Origin: Rhynchobatus australiae
Lineage: Eukaryota
Direction of reading: 5' to 3'
DNA length: 64,000 nt
Assembly (NCBI GenBank): GCA_034780895.1
Contig: JAUZTB010000127.1
Span: 49,942,697 to 50,006,696 of the forward strand
The notes under the pieces were generated by a model that saw nothing but the letters and a program-made list of their open reading frames with translations, was not told where the DNA came from and did not search any database. Both the position numbers and the translations under genes were made by a program. Positions 12,300 through 25,170 of the stretch are shown here, in pieces. Each line of letters begins with the position of its first letter. Within the stretch, counting starts at the first letter, position 1.

Positions 12300-13620
12300 C
12301 CACATCAGTGGTAGGGAAGCTATTGGAGAGAAGGGATAGGATTTACTCACATTTGGAAATGCATGGGTTTATTAGTGACAGTCAACATTCTCCCCAGGGC
12401 AGGTCATGCCTTACAAACTTGATTAAGATTTTTGAGGAGGTGACATAGATGATTGAGGGTAGGTCAGTGGATGTTGTCTACATGGACTTAGTAAAGCATT
12501 TGACAAGGTCCCTCATGGTAGGTTGATCCAGAAGATTAAGAAGCATAGGAGCCATTGTGAATTGGTAGACTGGATTCCAAATTGGCTAAGCCAAAGAAGA
12601 CAGAGGGTAGTAGTGGAGGGTGTTTTTCTGACTGAAGGTCTGTGACAAGTGTGTTCCGCAAGGATCACTGGTTTCTCTTGTTTGTGAGATAAATGACTTG
12701 GACGAAAATGTAGATAAGCTGATCACTAAGTTTGTGTATGACACAAAAATTGGTGGGGTTGTGGCAAGTGAAAAAGGTTGTCATGGGATACAGCAGGATA
12801 CAGATCAGCTGCAGATCTGGACAAAAATGGCAGACAAAGTTTAATCTGGGTATATGCACTTTGAGAGATCAAATGTAGGATGAAAGTATATAGTAAATGG
12901 GGGACCCCTTAGGAGCATTGAAGTACAGAGTGATCTTGGGATCCAAGTCCCTAGCTCTCTGAGTATGTCAATACAAGCAGACAGGGTGGTAAACAAGGCC
13001 CATGGCATGCTTCCCTTATCATTTAGGGCACTGAGTAGTCAGGAAGTCATGTTGCAGCTGTAAAATGCTTTGGTAGGACTCATTGGGAGAATGTGCAGTT
13101 CTGGTCACCCCATTACAGCAATGAGTTGGAAGTTTTGGAGAGGCTGAAGAAGAGGTTCACTAGGATACTGCCTGAATTAGAGAGTACTAGCTATAAGGAG
13201 TGGTTGGATAAACTTGGATTGTTTCCTCTGAAGACTGAAGAGNNNNNNNNNNNNNNNNNNNNNNNNNNNNNNNNNNNNNNNNNNNNNNNNNNNNNNNNNN
13301 NNNNNNNNNNNNNNNNNNNNNNNNNNNNNNNNNNNNNNNNNNNNNNNNNNNNNNNNNNNNNNNNNNNNNNNNNNNNNNNNNNNNNNNNNNNNNNNNNNNN
13401 NNNNNNNNNNNNNNNNNNNNNNNNNNNNNNNNNNNNNNNNNNNNNNNNNNNNNNNNNNNNNNNNNNNNNNNGGCATTAAAAGGCATTTGGATAGCTGCAC
13501 AAACAAGCAAGGAATGGAGGAATATTGATCATATGTAGGCAAAAAGGTTTAATTTGGCATCATGGTTGGCACAGATATTGTGGGCCAAAAGGCCTGTTCC
13601 TCTGCTGTACTGTTAATGTA
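12300..13620 (+). mobile_element. 5'-truncated CR1 LINE (RT domain to 3' UTR), frameshifted
   Basis: Motifs TSVVGKLLE, SQH..GRSCLTNLIKIFEEVT, DVVYMD..KAFDKVPHGRL, KF..DTKIGG, QFWSPHY..FTRILP, then the CR1 tail; spans an N gap. Confidence 0.92.
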
Positions 13621-14470
13621 GGTTCTATATCTTTGTTATCCAATAGTCTTGCTGTATGAAAGGGGTCATTAGGGACAGTAAGAATAAACTCCTTCATTCT
13701 ATACACTAATTCTCCTAGTACCATTTTTCCCATGGTCCAATCCATTCTTTCAGAGGTAGATTAATAAAACAAGACTAGCAAAACAATGCCAGCTGTAAAC
13801 CAACAAATTTGATGTTCCGTTATGTATTTCAATGAATAAGGTGTTTGTGTTTTTCAAGTCATCCTCAAGAGCGTGTGAAGAATAAAAAAAATTCTATTCC
13901 ACCATTCAATAGTCCAGTCAGTATACAGGGTGGAAATCCCCAAAACAAATCAGTATTAATATTTCCCTGCAAAGCACTGTGTTCATGCTTTAACCTGGAG
14001 TGTTCAACAACATTTCCCTGATTAAAGCACCAGTGGGAATCTGCCTTATTGACATTTTTAAAATCTGGCTGCAGACAAGCATTTTGCACTGAGAAGGGAA
14101 AATAAAATATTAGAAATTCATTCATCTGGCACATGATTATTATGCACTACATGATTGGATCAAGTTGTGAAATTGATCCCAAATCACACTGGGAATTCCT
14201 AGCATACAGGATATAATGCAACTTTGAATTGTGCACTTTTGTGTGCACATTACACCCATGCACAAAACATGCATACGATACATGGGTGACTTCAACGCAC
14301 TTGTAACACCTGGTTGACATCTCTCCTGAGAAAGTGGATATACATTTCATATCCAGTGTGAAGCAGGCACAGGACACCAGGTCTTAACAGCAGGGACAAA
14401 AACAGAAAATGATAAAGATACTCAAAGATCAGGCAGCATCTATGGAGAGAGAAATGTGGTTAATTGTTTA

Positions 14471-14512
14471 ATATGTTATTATTGAATGATTATATGTTAA
14501 TATTGAATGATT
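14471..14512. repeat. 21-bp tandem duplication
   Basis: ATATGTTATTATTGAATGATT followed by ATATGTTAATATTGAATGATT. Confidence 0.85.
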
Positions 14513-14899
14513 ACAGACATGAACAGCAGGTTCAAATTCTGCACCAGGATCATCAGTTTTATTGGGGCATCTCTTAGAGAAGAGTTCATTGCATTCAATA
14601 TTGTTGAATTCTGCATTTGAAAAATCTTAGAAGGTTTGTGAGAGCTGAGGTCAAGGTGGCCTTTTATTGCTACATGATGGAAGCATGGCAAGGATCAGAA
14701 AGAGTGGGCGAAAGGCAGCACTAACTTGAAGGAGAAGGCCACAGGAAATCTGCCTGGGATTTTTTTTAGGAGCTAAGCTCCACCTCCAATTGCATCTGAA
14801 GGCAAGATTTTCTCAGTCAGTGTTGACAGCTGTTTGCACTTATCTGTCTTTAGAGATGAAGGTCAATATCACCATGAACTTATGAACCTCAAGAATTCC

Positions 14900-15900
14900 A
14901 GACAGCAGTGGGTGATAAATGCACTGCTTTTCCAAGTTTACAGCACATGACTGCAAGGCATCAAGGATACTCCTCTACACTAACAAAGGGAATACATCCC
15001 ATTATTCTTGAATAAAGCAGCAGACCTTGCCAGTATTGGAGGCTTCCAAAAAGTCTATAGAGTTATCGACTATATTCCTGCAGTGCTCAGGGTTCCAAAT
15101 GCAAACCCAGAACTTCTTCAAGAACTGCAATCGATTGTTGCCTGTTCAAGAGTAGAAGCATGAGGAAGGCAATAGATAGGTGACAGTGATGTCCTCTCTG
15201 GACATAGTGTTACGGGCATCTCTCCTAATGCTGAGATTCATTTGAAGACCTTACTTAACCAGCACAGGGCACAGTGAAGCGACCTTTACCCAAATGCAGC
15301 AAGACCATGTGAATATTTGGTCTTGGAATAATTAGTAATTAATTACCATCACACCACTCTAGGGCATTGTGATGGCACGTGCAGCATGGAAGAGTCTCCA
15401 TTTTCCCCGATATTCAGCAGCATTACTATTGCCCATTCTCCCTATAGGAATATCCCAAAATTACCACTAATCAGAAAATTGCCAGCATCAGCAAATCTGA
15501 TAATTACTGTGATTGCACGTAAGCACTGCAGTGAGATGCTCCACTTCCAACTCTGCAAAACTGTTAAACCATTTGCAAAGGTCTTGTCAGGTCAAGTTCT
15601 TTATGGCTCAAAATAAACTGAACAATACTATTCTCTACTCTCTATGAATGCAGCTCTGAAGACAATGAATAATCCTTGTACAATACCAACAATATAGACA
15701 AAGGAGTGAGAAATTTAACATAGCAACCCTCTTTCATAGATCAATAGGACAATACAATCATTGCCCAGTCACTCTTCTGCATTTCCTTAGGGAAACTTTG
15801 CCTGACTATTGATGATGCACAGTGCTTACCCCTTGTCTGCAACCAAGCTCATAGATGGGTCAAAGCCATCTTGGGTGAATCCAAATAGTTGTGGGTCTAG
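14900..15900 (+). mobile_element. Highly decayed CR1/L2-superfamily LINE fragment
   Basis: Patchy similarity to an RT C-terminal half (e.g. ATGCAGCAAGACC..ATTTGGTCTTGG; CATTACTATTGCCCATTCTCCC); no open frame. Confidence 0.35.
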
Positions 15901-17994
15901 ATGGTTCTGACTGTACTCTCTCACCAACAGCAGCAATCTAGGCCACTGTGAGGGCATTATCAAACTGAAAAGGGTTAACAGGTCTTTCGCCACAGAGACA
16001 CTGCAGCAGTGTATAAACTGGCCAGCAATTCACTGAAGAGCAAATCATTTCATTGTCATCATGGTTTCAAAGTCACTGAAAATAACAGAATCAATATGGC
16101 AGCAAATTTAGATGGCAGTAATCAGAACTTCCATTGTATATGTTGGGGAACTTCCATTTGTTTTCCAATGGAAGTTTCTATCATTTGCTGCATTATGGAT
16201 GGATCTGTGAATGTCATTATGGGGCTGTTCACCTACTTAATGCTGGAAAGGATGGGTTCCAGTATCTATGCAAGGCCATATTTAAGGTTGGAGCTCAGTT
16301 AAGCTTTAAGGCCCTAGTCAAGTCAATGTGCAAGTTTGCCTATATGCACCCTATTGCGATCCTCATCAAGTTCATCTGCAGCAAAACTGGTGTGAAATCT
16401 TGTTGTCTAGGCAAGTATCATCTAGCCTCCCTTTTCCCCTTCGTCTTGTTGTAGTATAGTGATACACCACATACAAATCCAACTTCTATGCAATGTGTCA
16501 GTATCTGACCTAGTGAAAGTACACATCAAATGCAGTGAGAGATTTTTTCTTCCTCCTTACTGTTGTGGCTCCCTTGACGAGCTTGGCCAGGTAGTTTGGT
16601 TATCTGGGTATCTGAAATGTGAACAGAACAAGACTACGGCCTTGGTAAGGGAAGCGGACAAGAACATCTCAAAGTAGTTTCAGCAAAATTATAGCTTGTG
16701 TTTTCACAATCAGCTTTTATGTCTTTCTGTGTTAATCACTTGAGGTGTAATGAAGGTACTGCAGAGCTGAGTGCAATACTGGAGTGTACAGCTTGGTGCT
16801 GTAAAATATACTTTCCAATTGCCCTCAGTTAGGGATAAGAATATCATATCTAGGAATATTGAGAAAGTGACATTTCAAATGTTGCTCCTTGAATAGACCA
16901 CTCAGCAAATAAAGGACCTGATTGAAAGTCCATACCAGCCACTCAATTTAGAAGCTAATTGGGACAGCCAATAAAAGGTAGGCATGCCAGTGACGCCCAT
17001 ATCCTGTGATTGAACAGATTTCTTAAAAACCTTTTAAGGTAAAACCAGAAGATATGGAGCAAGCAAACCTGATGAAGAAACTAAAGCTAAATGGTCTTCC
17101 CTTATGTTATTAGCTCTAGGATTACTATTTGTATTTCACGTCACTTTAAAGGTTCCTGACTAACTGCAGGTAAACCAGACTATTTATAAATATGTGCCAA
17201 CTTTGAAATCTCACAGGCACCTTCTCATTTTCTTTTAAATAATTCTAATCCTGCAAATTTTAACCAAATTACACATGAAGAGTTTTAAAGCTAGGATGCT
17301 ACAGTGGTTTACATTTGTGCATGTTTATTTTTCTTTTGTAGAACTGCTTCTTCAAGTTCAAAAGAAATGTCATTAGGCAAAGCCTGAAGTAGTTTTCCTG
17401 ATATTTAACAGTCCCTTGTTGTTCACTACATTCAAAAAGACAACTGTCTTAAAAGTTTCGTGATTTCTGTTTTGATGTGATAATTATTGCAGGTGCAAAA
17501 ACAATATTTATGATAAAAAAATTGTACAGAATACTTACATCTGTTTTGAGGGAGGAAGCTTTATTTCTGTGTATCCCAAATTACTCTACTATACACTACC
17601 ACTCCAGAAATCAGCACCAGAGAAGCAATTTCTGAGATATTACACCTGCATACAGCATGATGGAAATTGTATCTTCAAATTTCTAATTTCAATTTGAAGT
17701 ATTCTTTCCATTAATGCATCCTTTTTACCAACTAACCTTGTCCTCATCAGCTCAACTTGCTGGTAGAGTAAAACTCCCTCTGCAGTAAGCTAACTTGATG
17801 GATACTGCAGTGAGCAACCCTATGAACATTTGAATTTCAGGGACACTATGCAATCAACTGGAAAGAATTAAAATCCTTTCTGATATCCATGCTGAAATAC
17901 CCCAATTCATAGCTGAAGTTACATACTATATTAGCTCTGAGGAAATATAAAATGTAGTCAAGTCTTAATTCACAGGGGAGATGTCAGCAGTAGT

Positions 17995-18225
17995 TTTGTT
18001 TTTACACAGAGAGTGGTGGGTGGCTGGAATGTACTGTCGGGGTGGTGGTAGAGGCCAATACAATAGGGTCATTTAAGGGACTCTTTGACAGGCAGATGGA
18101 TGAAAGAAAAATGCAGGGTTATGGGAAGTGAAGTAGAGAGGGAAATAGATTGAATTTAAGGTTTATATAGGTCTGCACAACATCGTAGGCCGAAGGGCCC
18201 CTACTGTGCTGTACTGTTATATGAT
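17995..18225 (+). mobile_element. CR1 3' end
   Basis: TTTTACACAGAGAGTGGTGGGTGGCTGGAAT (FTQRVVG.WN) ... GGCCGAAGGGCCC..TGTGCTGTACTGTT tail. Confidence 0.85.
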
Positions 18226-18789
18226 TACAGTAACATCTGTTACCAACTTTGCTCATTTTTAGAGCTATCATCACATTACACACTTGCATCCTTCCCTGTT
18301 GCTATTCGTCCGGCTGGTTCATAAACCCAAGGCAAACAAATGATTCTTGACTGTCAAACAGCCTTCCAGTCTACAATAATTTTCTTAATCAAAGAAACAG
18401 AGGCATATAATGCAGATGGAGGAAAAAAAATCTAAAAACAGTCCCCACGACTCTCATCTAGAACTGCTACAAGTTCTACCAGGAAATCAATTTTTAATCT
18501 CAGAGCAATCCTGCAGAGATGATAAATGTACCGTAACAGAATGGGCTCGACAAAACATCAACTTCAACTCTTACTATTCACCAGGGAAAATCAGTGCTTT
18601 GGTTAAACTATTGTATCATGGTTTAGGATTTTTTTAAATCATGTCTCCATGGAACAGATTTGGGCCTGAGCTTTTTCTTTAAAAAGAAATGTGCTTTCAG
18701 CAAAAAGCTTGCTTTAAAGGAATTTGTTGTTCAAGATAGTATCATCTTGTAGATCTGCAGACACACAAAGTGTGAATAAAATGCAAAAT

Positions 18790-18965
18790 ATAATCTAAAA
18801 ACATTGCTAATGTCCAGCAGCTGAGGCACCACAGCTAGAGAGAAGCAAAAGTCCTTGACCTGACAGAACTCTTCTGATGAATGGTCATGCGCTGGAAACA
18901 TTAATTTTCCTCGTTTCTCCACAGATGCTGCCAGTGCTGCCATGTGTCCAAACTTTTCTGTTTTG
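18790..18965. mobile_element. Penelope pLTR-derived inverted-repeat element with a hammerhead-like core
   Basis: The left arm is a degenerate reverse complement of the right arm (TCTCCACAGATGCTGCC); CTGATGA at 18874 and GAAA at 18895. Confidence 0.55.
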
Positions 18966-20564
18966 ACTTATAATTCTGTATCTTAACATTGAGGGCTACA
19001 GTTGCATGACCACAAAATAAGTCTATTTTTGTCACATTGAAATACAAGTTGGATTTATTGAGCACATTTAATCTGATAAACTATTTCAATCAACTTCGCC
19101 TATGTGTAACCAGGTAAAATTTAACACTGGAGAAACAAAGGACTGCAGATGCTAGAATCTAGATGAAAAAAAACATTTAACACTGAACCATAAAAGGAGA
19201 TAGGAAGACAAGTACCCANNNNNNNNNNNNNNNNNNNNNNNNNNNNNNNNNNNNNNNNAGCTGGAGAGACTGCAGAGAGAATTCTGAGACTTAGAAACTA
19301 TTGCTACTGGTAGAGCATTACACCAATCTTCAAATGTGCATATTCCATGACACCATCCATCATGGAATCACACAAGAAGATGACAACAAATGTATGGCTT
19401 CAGTATTTCTCTTCTCTGCAATAAATCTTCTTGACTCAGCTGAAGATGAGAGAAAATATCAGTTCCACCAACATGAATACCTGAAATTCAATTTTCAATC
19501 AGCTACCAAGAAAGGCAACTTGCTTAGCAAACCTGGTTAAGTCTCCTCTTTCTGAGCCTACAAGAAAAATTAGCAACAGGGCCTCTGCAATGCAGATGCT
19601 ATATAAAAAAAAAGGCAGCTACTACTGGGTGGCAGTATTAGTGTATACAGTAAATCAACAACACTGTCTCACTAATGATCTGAACAGACAGTCGGAATGA
19701 ATTTTGACTTTGAATTGGTTGGCCATTCTAGCAACAAATAAGTGCTAACCTTGAAAATTCATCTGGAGATCTGCAGGCAAATAATTATCCCCATCACAGC
19801 TCAGCTGATGATCTTCCAGATTCACCCCCAACAAGGAAAATGACAAAATGGGGATTGCAATTATAATCACAGAAAGGGAGGATCTACGAAAACTGTAATC
19901 TACACTATTTGGGATTTTGGAGGAAGAGGAGGAGGTATGTTCTTCTGGAGTCCACAAAAATAATTCAAGGGGTATATTCACAAAAATTACCTTGTCTTGT
20001 ATCAAAAGCTCTAACCAGTTGCTAAGATAGTGATCAGGTTCACCAGTTTTCATATTGAAATGGGAGGTTCACCTGAAACACAGAAACACTTAGAACAACA
20101 AACACATTACATTACCAGTTGTAACAAGGTGGTGAGCACAGCACTCTGTGTTGAAACTGATCTGTTAATGACAGGAAAGGACTCTGGGAATCAAGGCCTT
20201 GGTGTAATATAATGCATATCAAAAAGTAATTCAATTGTTGTCATAAATGTTATGACGCATTGAATCAACTCTGAAAGGCCATGTAAATCCCAAAATAAAC
20301 TGAAGCAAACTATCTGAGAAGATTTGTCAACCATCTGGCATTTGGTTGACAACTGCAACCAAAATGTAGGGAATCAGAGGGATTTTCCAACAAATTATCT
20401 TTGGCAAGGTCTATCTGGTGTATTTAATGCAAAGAAGCAATGAAAAAATGAATAAACGCAACTCAACACTTTGCTTTACTGATGCACAAACAGTTGTGCT
20501 GCAGCATTTCTTATCCACAGCTCAGTGAGAGAATACAATCTCCACAAACAGAAAATTGGTCTCA

Positions 20565-20785
20565 GGTCGAAAAGACATAGGTTTTAGGTGAGAGGGGAAA
20601 GATTTAAAAAGGACCTGAGAGACATGTTTTTCCACGTAGAAGGTGATGGATATATTGAACAAGCTACCAGAGGTAGAAGAAGTGGGCACAATTACAATGT
20701 TAAAAAGACATTTGGACAGGTACATGAATAGAAAAGATTTAGAGGGTTATGGGCCAAATGGCCTGTTTTCTGTGCTGTACGACTA
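20565..20785 (+). mobile_element. CR1 3' end
   Basis: ORF 20643..20843 (NKLPEVEEVGTITMLKRHLDRYMN) plus a shortened tail. Confidence 0.85.
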
Positions 20786-21231
20786 TTGCAAAGAAAAACT
20801 CATTAGGTCACCAAGGTTGAGATTACGCACATTTGTTTCCTGAAAAATGTGCTTCATGCACACTGACATGAAATATATGAAAGCAATTTCTTATCACATT
20901 ACTATGTGGATACTACTTACAGGATTACATTACTTGATAGTTGTCACGTACTACTCGATGCAGTAGATACAATTTTCCACTTTGACAATGAAGAGGTTCC
21001 TTCAGTGAATAATGGAATTTGCATATAATCCCACACTATTCCATTTAAAAAAAAAGTTTAATATCTGAAAATAGATTATGTTCACCTATACTGCAATAGT
21101 TACTACACTGAAAGTGTAGTGTGAAAAATGTAGTCTCCTTCTATACAGAGATCCTTGCTTTTTATTTTATGTTTTGTTATTTAGCTCAAGGACAAACTTT
21201 CTTTTTCTACAGCTGACCTGTGAGCACAACC

Positions 21232-21980
21232 TGTTGTGAGATAGCACGAGGCTGCCACATTTTGGGAACAACACTGACCCTTATGCTCGGGGGCTAGCAG
21301 TGTATTCCATTGTTCACCTGGTCAGAAGCGACATCACTGTCAATCATGGGTCTGGCTCCACCCACCCATCAAGTGCATACCTTGGGGGATGAGGACTCAC
21401 CTTTGTCCTTGACCTCCAACAATTGGCCTAACTAAATCACCCAGGTAGCTCCACCCCACTCCCCAGTGCCATACAAGCTCGCACATCAGCTCCATGCGGT
21501 CTCTTTGCTGAGTGGCACCAGGGCCAAGGCGATCACTGGTAAGAGTGTGCACCGTCTCTGGGGTTTAGACACGTGGCTAGTAGATTCCCCGTAGCTTAGA
21601 GCCTTGCTTATTTAGATCAGGAGACTCAAGCATGGTATTGTACCTTTCCTGAATGTTAATTGTGTGCGCGTCTGAGTGCGCATGTGTATTTCATTCCCTG
21701 CTGTGAAACCCCCTCGTGTCTCATGGATACTCGAGTGTGTGCGTGTTCTCCTTATTGGCAAAGTTCTCCCTGTTGGCAAACAAGATCGTGTCCAGAATCC
21801 TTAATACTGTCAAGACCTACACGAACCGTTTCTCTGAACACAACCCTCTCTTTTTGTTTGTTTCCATTATGTGGGGCCCAAATAGACTTTCTGTTGCCAT
21901 CTATAAATCTCTGTATTTACCCGTCATTCAAACATTTTCTTCCTCTAAATGATTTTGCTGTGATCTAGTTAGTTACAACA
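21232..21980 (+). mobile_element. Solo LTR (ERV/Gypsy-type), ~750 bp
   Basis: Termini TGTTGTGA...TTACAACA (TG..CA inverted ends); GC/CpG-richer than flanks; the 5' ~200 bp is homologous to the insert at 51267, which begins with the equivalent TGTAGTGAGA. No clear TSD. Confidence 0.7.
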
Positions 21981-23734
21981 ATGAGTGAAAGCTTTGTTCC
22001 AAAGATTTCTCTAAGCAAAAATTAATAAATATTTACAGTACATAAGTCAACATCCCACACAATAAAGTTCAAATCCATTTCTCTGTTTGTCTATGCAATT
22101 TGCACCTTGCTAACTTAGCGTCAATAGAGGGAGAAAAACTGAAGTCAATAAGCAGCTTTTGTTCCCACCCAATGTCCTCTTTTTGAGATAACCTGCATAT
22201 TGTTACATCTTTGGAGTTCAACCCACATTAGTTAGATTGGGAAGCACCCACTTTTGTTACTGCTGTTACATTAGACATAACAAGATACAGAGAACAGACT
22301 TGGGTGTACAGACTACATTTAATGAAATACAAGAATCTCACCTTCAATTTCTATAAGACTTATTTGCATTGGGGGGAGGGGAAAGGGGCTGATATCAGAG
22401 TTAACCCTTAAATTGTGGATGAAATTTGCCCTCTTCTACAAATGCACACCAGATAAAACTCAAGGTGCTTAAAGGCTAATCTGCAGCTGGTGGTAAGCAA
22501 CTAAAATTTTGGGTTTCACTTCTTGTTGCAAACATTTCCTGAACTGAAATGCATGGCGTGTTACTAATCAGCTAGTTCAAAAAGACAAAATGCTTTAACC
22601 ATGTCAACCATTTACACAGAAAACCGCAAGGCCTGGATACCAAAATGGATTCAGCAACGTGATTGCCACATCCTGTTCCAGAAACACAAGACCCTTTTGC
22701 TCGTGGCTAATTACTCATTTCATCCAAGATCAGCTGGTGTTCAAGGATTAAAAGTCATATGATTGTTTCTTTTCTCCCACCCAATTCAGCTTCAATGACT
22801 CAGTCGAGTCCACATTTCATTAAAAAAATGAAAAATACATTACTAAATAAAATAACATGACAAAAGGTTTCCTCAAGACAATGTACTATATAGTTGCTTG
22901 ATCATCTTCCATCCAACAGGCTAATGAACTGGATCAGAGACACTTGTTATGGATATGCTCTCATTTTTAACACCATTGTGGGTTATCTGAATGTTGGCAG
23001 CTTGGATTTCCAATAGTCCTCATAGGAAATGTCTGTTTTCTGCATTATTAAAATACTCCAATGTCAAATGTCGCCTTTAGAAAAAGTGATGAAGATCCTC
23101 AGCAAAAAGGTGACAAAATGGTTCATGTCTGATATACCCATGAGAAAGCATTCACTGTCAGTGGATTTACTTTACTAATTTGAGTTCAGTGTAAGATCAT
23201 GTTTCCACCTCATCACGATAGAGCTCCAGTTCCCTGCAAAACCGGTTTCTCTCTAATGCCTTTTCTCTCAAAGATCCCAATTACTGCAAGAATCTCTGTA
23301 CTAAAAGCAAGCATAAAGTTTATTCCAAAGTGGCTGTTTGAGGTTACATTGCCTTCTTCCACTCTCTCAAGCATTCCATAAAGTGCATCTTTGTGTCCAA
23401 ATTCTAGACATCCATCCTTCTCAGTCTTGGCATAAATATTTTTTCAAAATATTATTTCAGCATTTTAACACTTGTATTGCTCATTTCCCAGTTAATTTTT
23501 ACATTACTCCAATTTGACATCAGTTTCAGTCATAATAATTCTGATAACACATCTGTGAAACAAACAGCGGTATTTAAGGTACCATATAGATTTAAGTTAT
23601 GTGGGTTATAAGCTACCATTAAAAATCACATTTACCAAGTACCAGTGAAAACAGTTCATGGCAAAAAAGCAATAATTCATGTTTTTACCAAATTTGGGAG
23701 TTCTTTATGCAAATGTGACTTTAAGACAGTTGGA

Positions 23735-23998
23735 TGGAGGAGCGAGGAAGGAACTTAAGAAAGGGCTGAGGAGAGCTAAAAGGGGACATGAAAAGGCGTT
23801 GGCTAGTAGGGTTAAAGAAAATCCCAAGGCCTTTTTCACGTACGTGAAGGGTAGAAGGATGGCTGGGGTAAAGGTAGGTCCAATTTAAGACAAAGGTGGG
23901 AGGATGTGCCTGGAGGCAGCAGAAGTGGGAGAAGTTCTCAATGAATACTTCTCTTCAGTATTCACCAGGGAGAGGGGTCTAGATGAAGTGGAAGGGAG
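23735..23998 (+). mobile_element. Relatively young CR1 ORF2 fragment (EN-RT linker), running into a gap
   Basis: ARKELKKGLRRAKRGHEKALASRVKENPKAFFTYVK...EVLNEYFSSVFTRE. Confidence 0.9.
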
Positions 23999-24793
23999 NN
24001 NNNNNNNNNNNNNNNNNNNNNNNNNNNNNNNNNNNNNNNNNNNNNNNNNNNNNNNNNNNNNNNNNNNNNNNNNNNNNNNNNNNNNNNNNNNNNNNNNNNN
24101 NNNNNNNNNNNNNNNNNNNNNNNNNNNNNNNNNNNNNNNNNNNNNNNNNNNNNNNNNNNNNNNNNNNNNNNNNNNNNNNNNNNNNNNNNNNACAGAGAAA
24201 CAGGTTTCAATTCATTAAGAAAATTTATAAATGTATTAATCACCAAAACAAAAGAAATGAGAAAACCTCAATTTAATGAAAACAAAATTGGAAAACTAAT
24301 GAGTTAGAAATCAGGATAAGATCAGTTTTAGAATCTAGGATCTAAATGTTATAAACAGTCAATACACATTGGTTAAAGGACTTGCCACTAAGTAAAGACC
24401 TCCAAACAGAAATATATTTACTTATGATTACAAAGTGTTATCAAACAAAACCAATATTGAATGAATTACAATAAAGGTCAGCAGACATAATAATGATAGT
24501 AGCAGATGATCTCATTTTTAATCAACGACTGATGGGCTGGGTAGAGCAACAGAGATAAAGAAAAAGATAATATCTTTGGCCCCTACTGGCATTAGTCCAA
24601 CTCACTCAGAAGTTTAAAACGTAATGCTTATTTACCATTTGTTTTAAGCATATTAAATATGGATATATGACATGTTGGTGAACATGTTACTTTCAGTAAG
24701 GACAATTTATAGAAAAGATTTGCACAAACCAAAGATGCCATGAATCAGAGACATTATACTTCAAATATAGTTGATATATTAGAAAAAACATAC

Positions 24794-25170
24794 CTCTCAC
24801 AAAATGAACAAAAATAGACCATTCTGCTCTCTGAGTCTCTCCCTCCTCCTTTCAAACAGCTCATCACTGATAGGTTTCTCAGATCTGCTTTTGATCTAGA
24901 GTTCATCATATTCCTGTACAACAAACTCTATCTATCATGGACGTTGAAGAGTCAAATGATTGAGCAGCTAGAGCCTTGTGGAACAGCATGACTCTGAGTT
25001 TTACAACTCTATTTGTGGCTCTTCCTGGTTTCAGTCACAAATGCGCTAGATCTAATTTTCAGTTGATGCATCTTTGCTTGAGAAATTCCAATGTAGAAAA
25101 TAGATTCTGTTTACTCTTATCTTTGCATCATTTTTAAAGCCTTCATTAGAACACCCTCCAACTGTCTAAA
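24794..25170 (-). other. Candidate exon (alternative acceptors at 25170 or 24913)
   Basis: Donor GAG|GTATGT after 24794. The strong acceptor ATCTTGCTTTCTTTTCAG| at 25170 gives a 377-nt exon closed in all frames. A weaker acceptor GTTTGTTGTACAG| at 24913 gives a 120-nt phase 2-2 exon with an open frame. Confidence 0.3.

Noticed and set aside
17539-17645. Minus-strand segment bounded by CAG and GTAAGT
   Set aside because: Weak polypyrimidine tract and all frames closed; not distinguishable from chance.
24840-24912. Box C/D snoRNA-like motifs on the minus strand (ATGATGA..CTGA..GTGATGA)
   Set aside because: No terminal D box (CTGA) or closing stem, and I could not identify an rRNA/snRNA-complementary guide.
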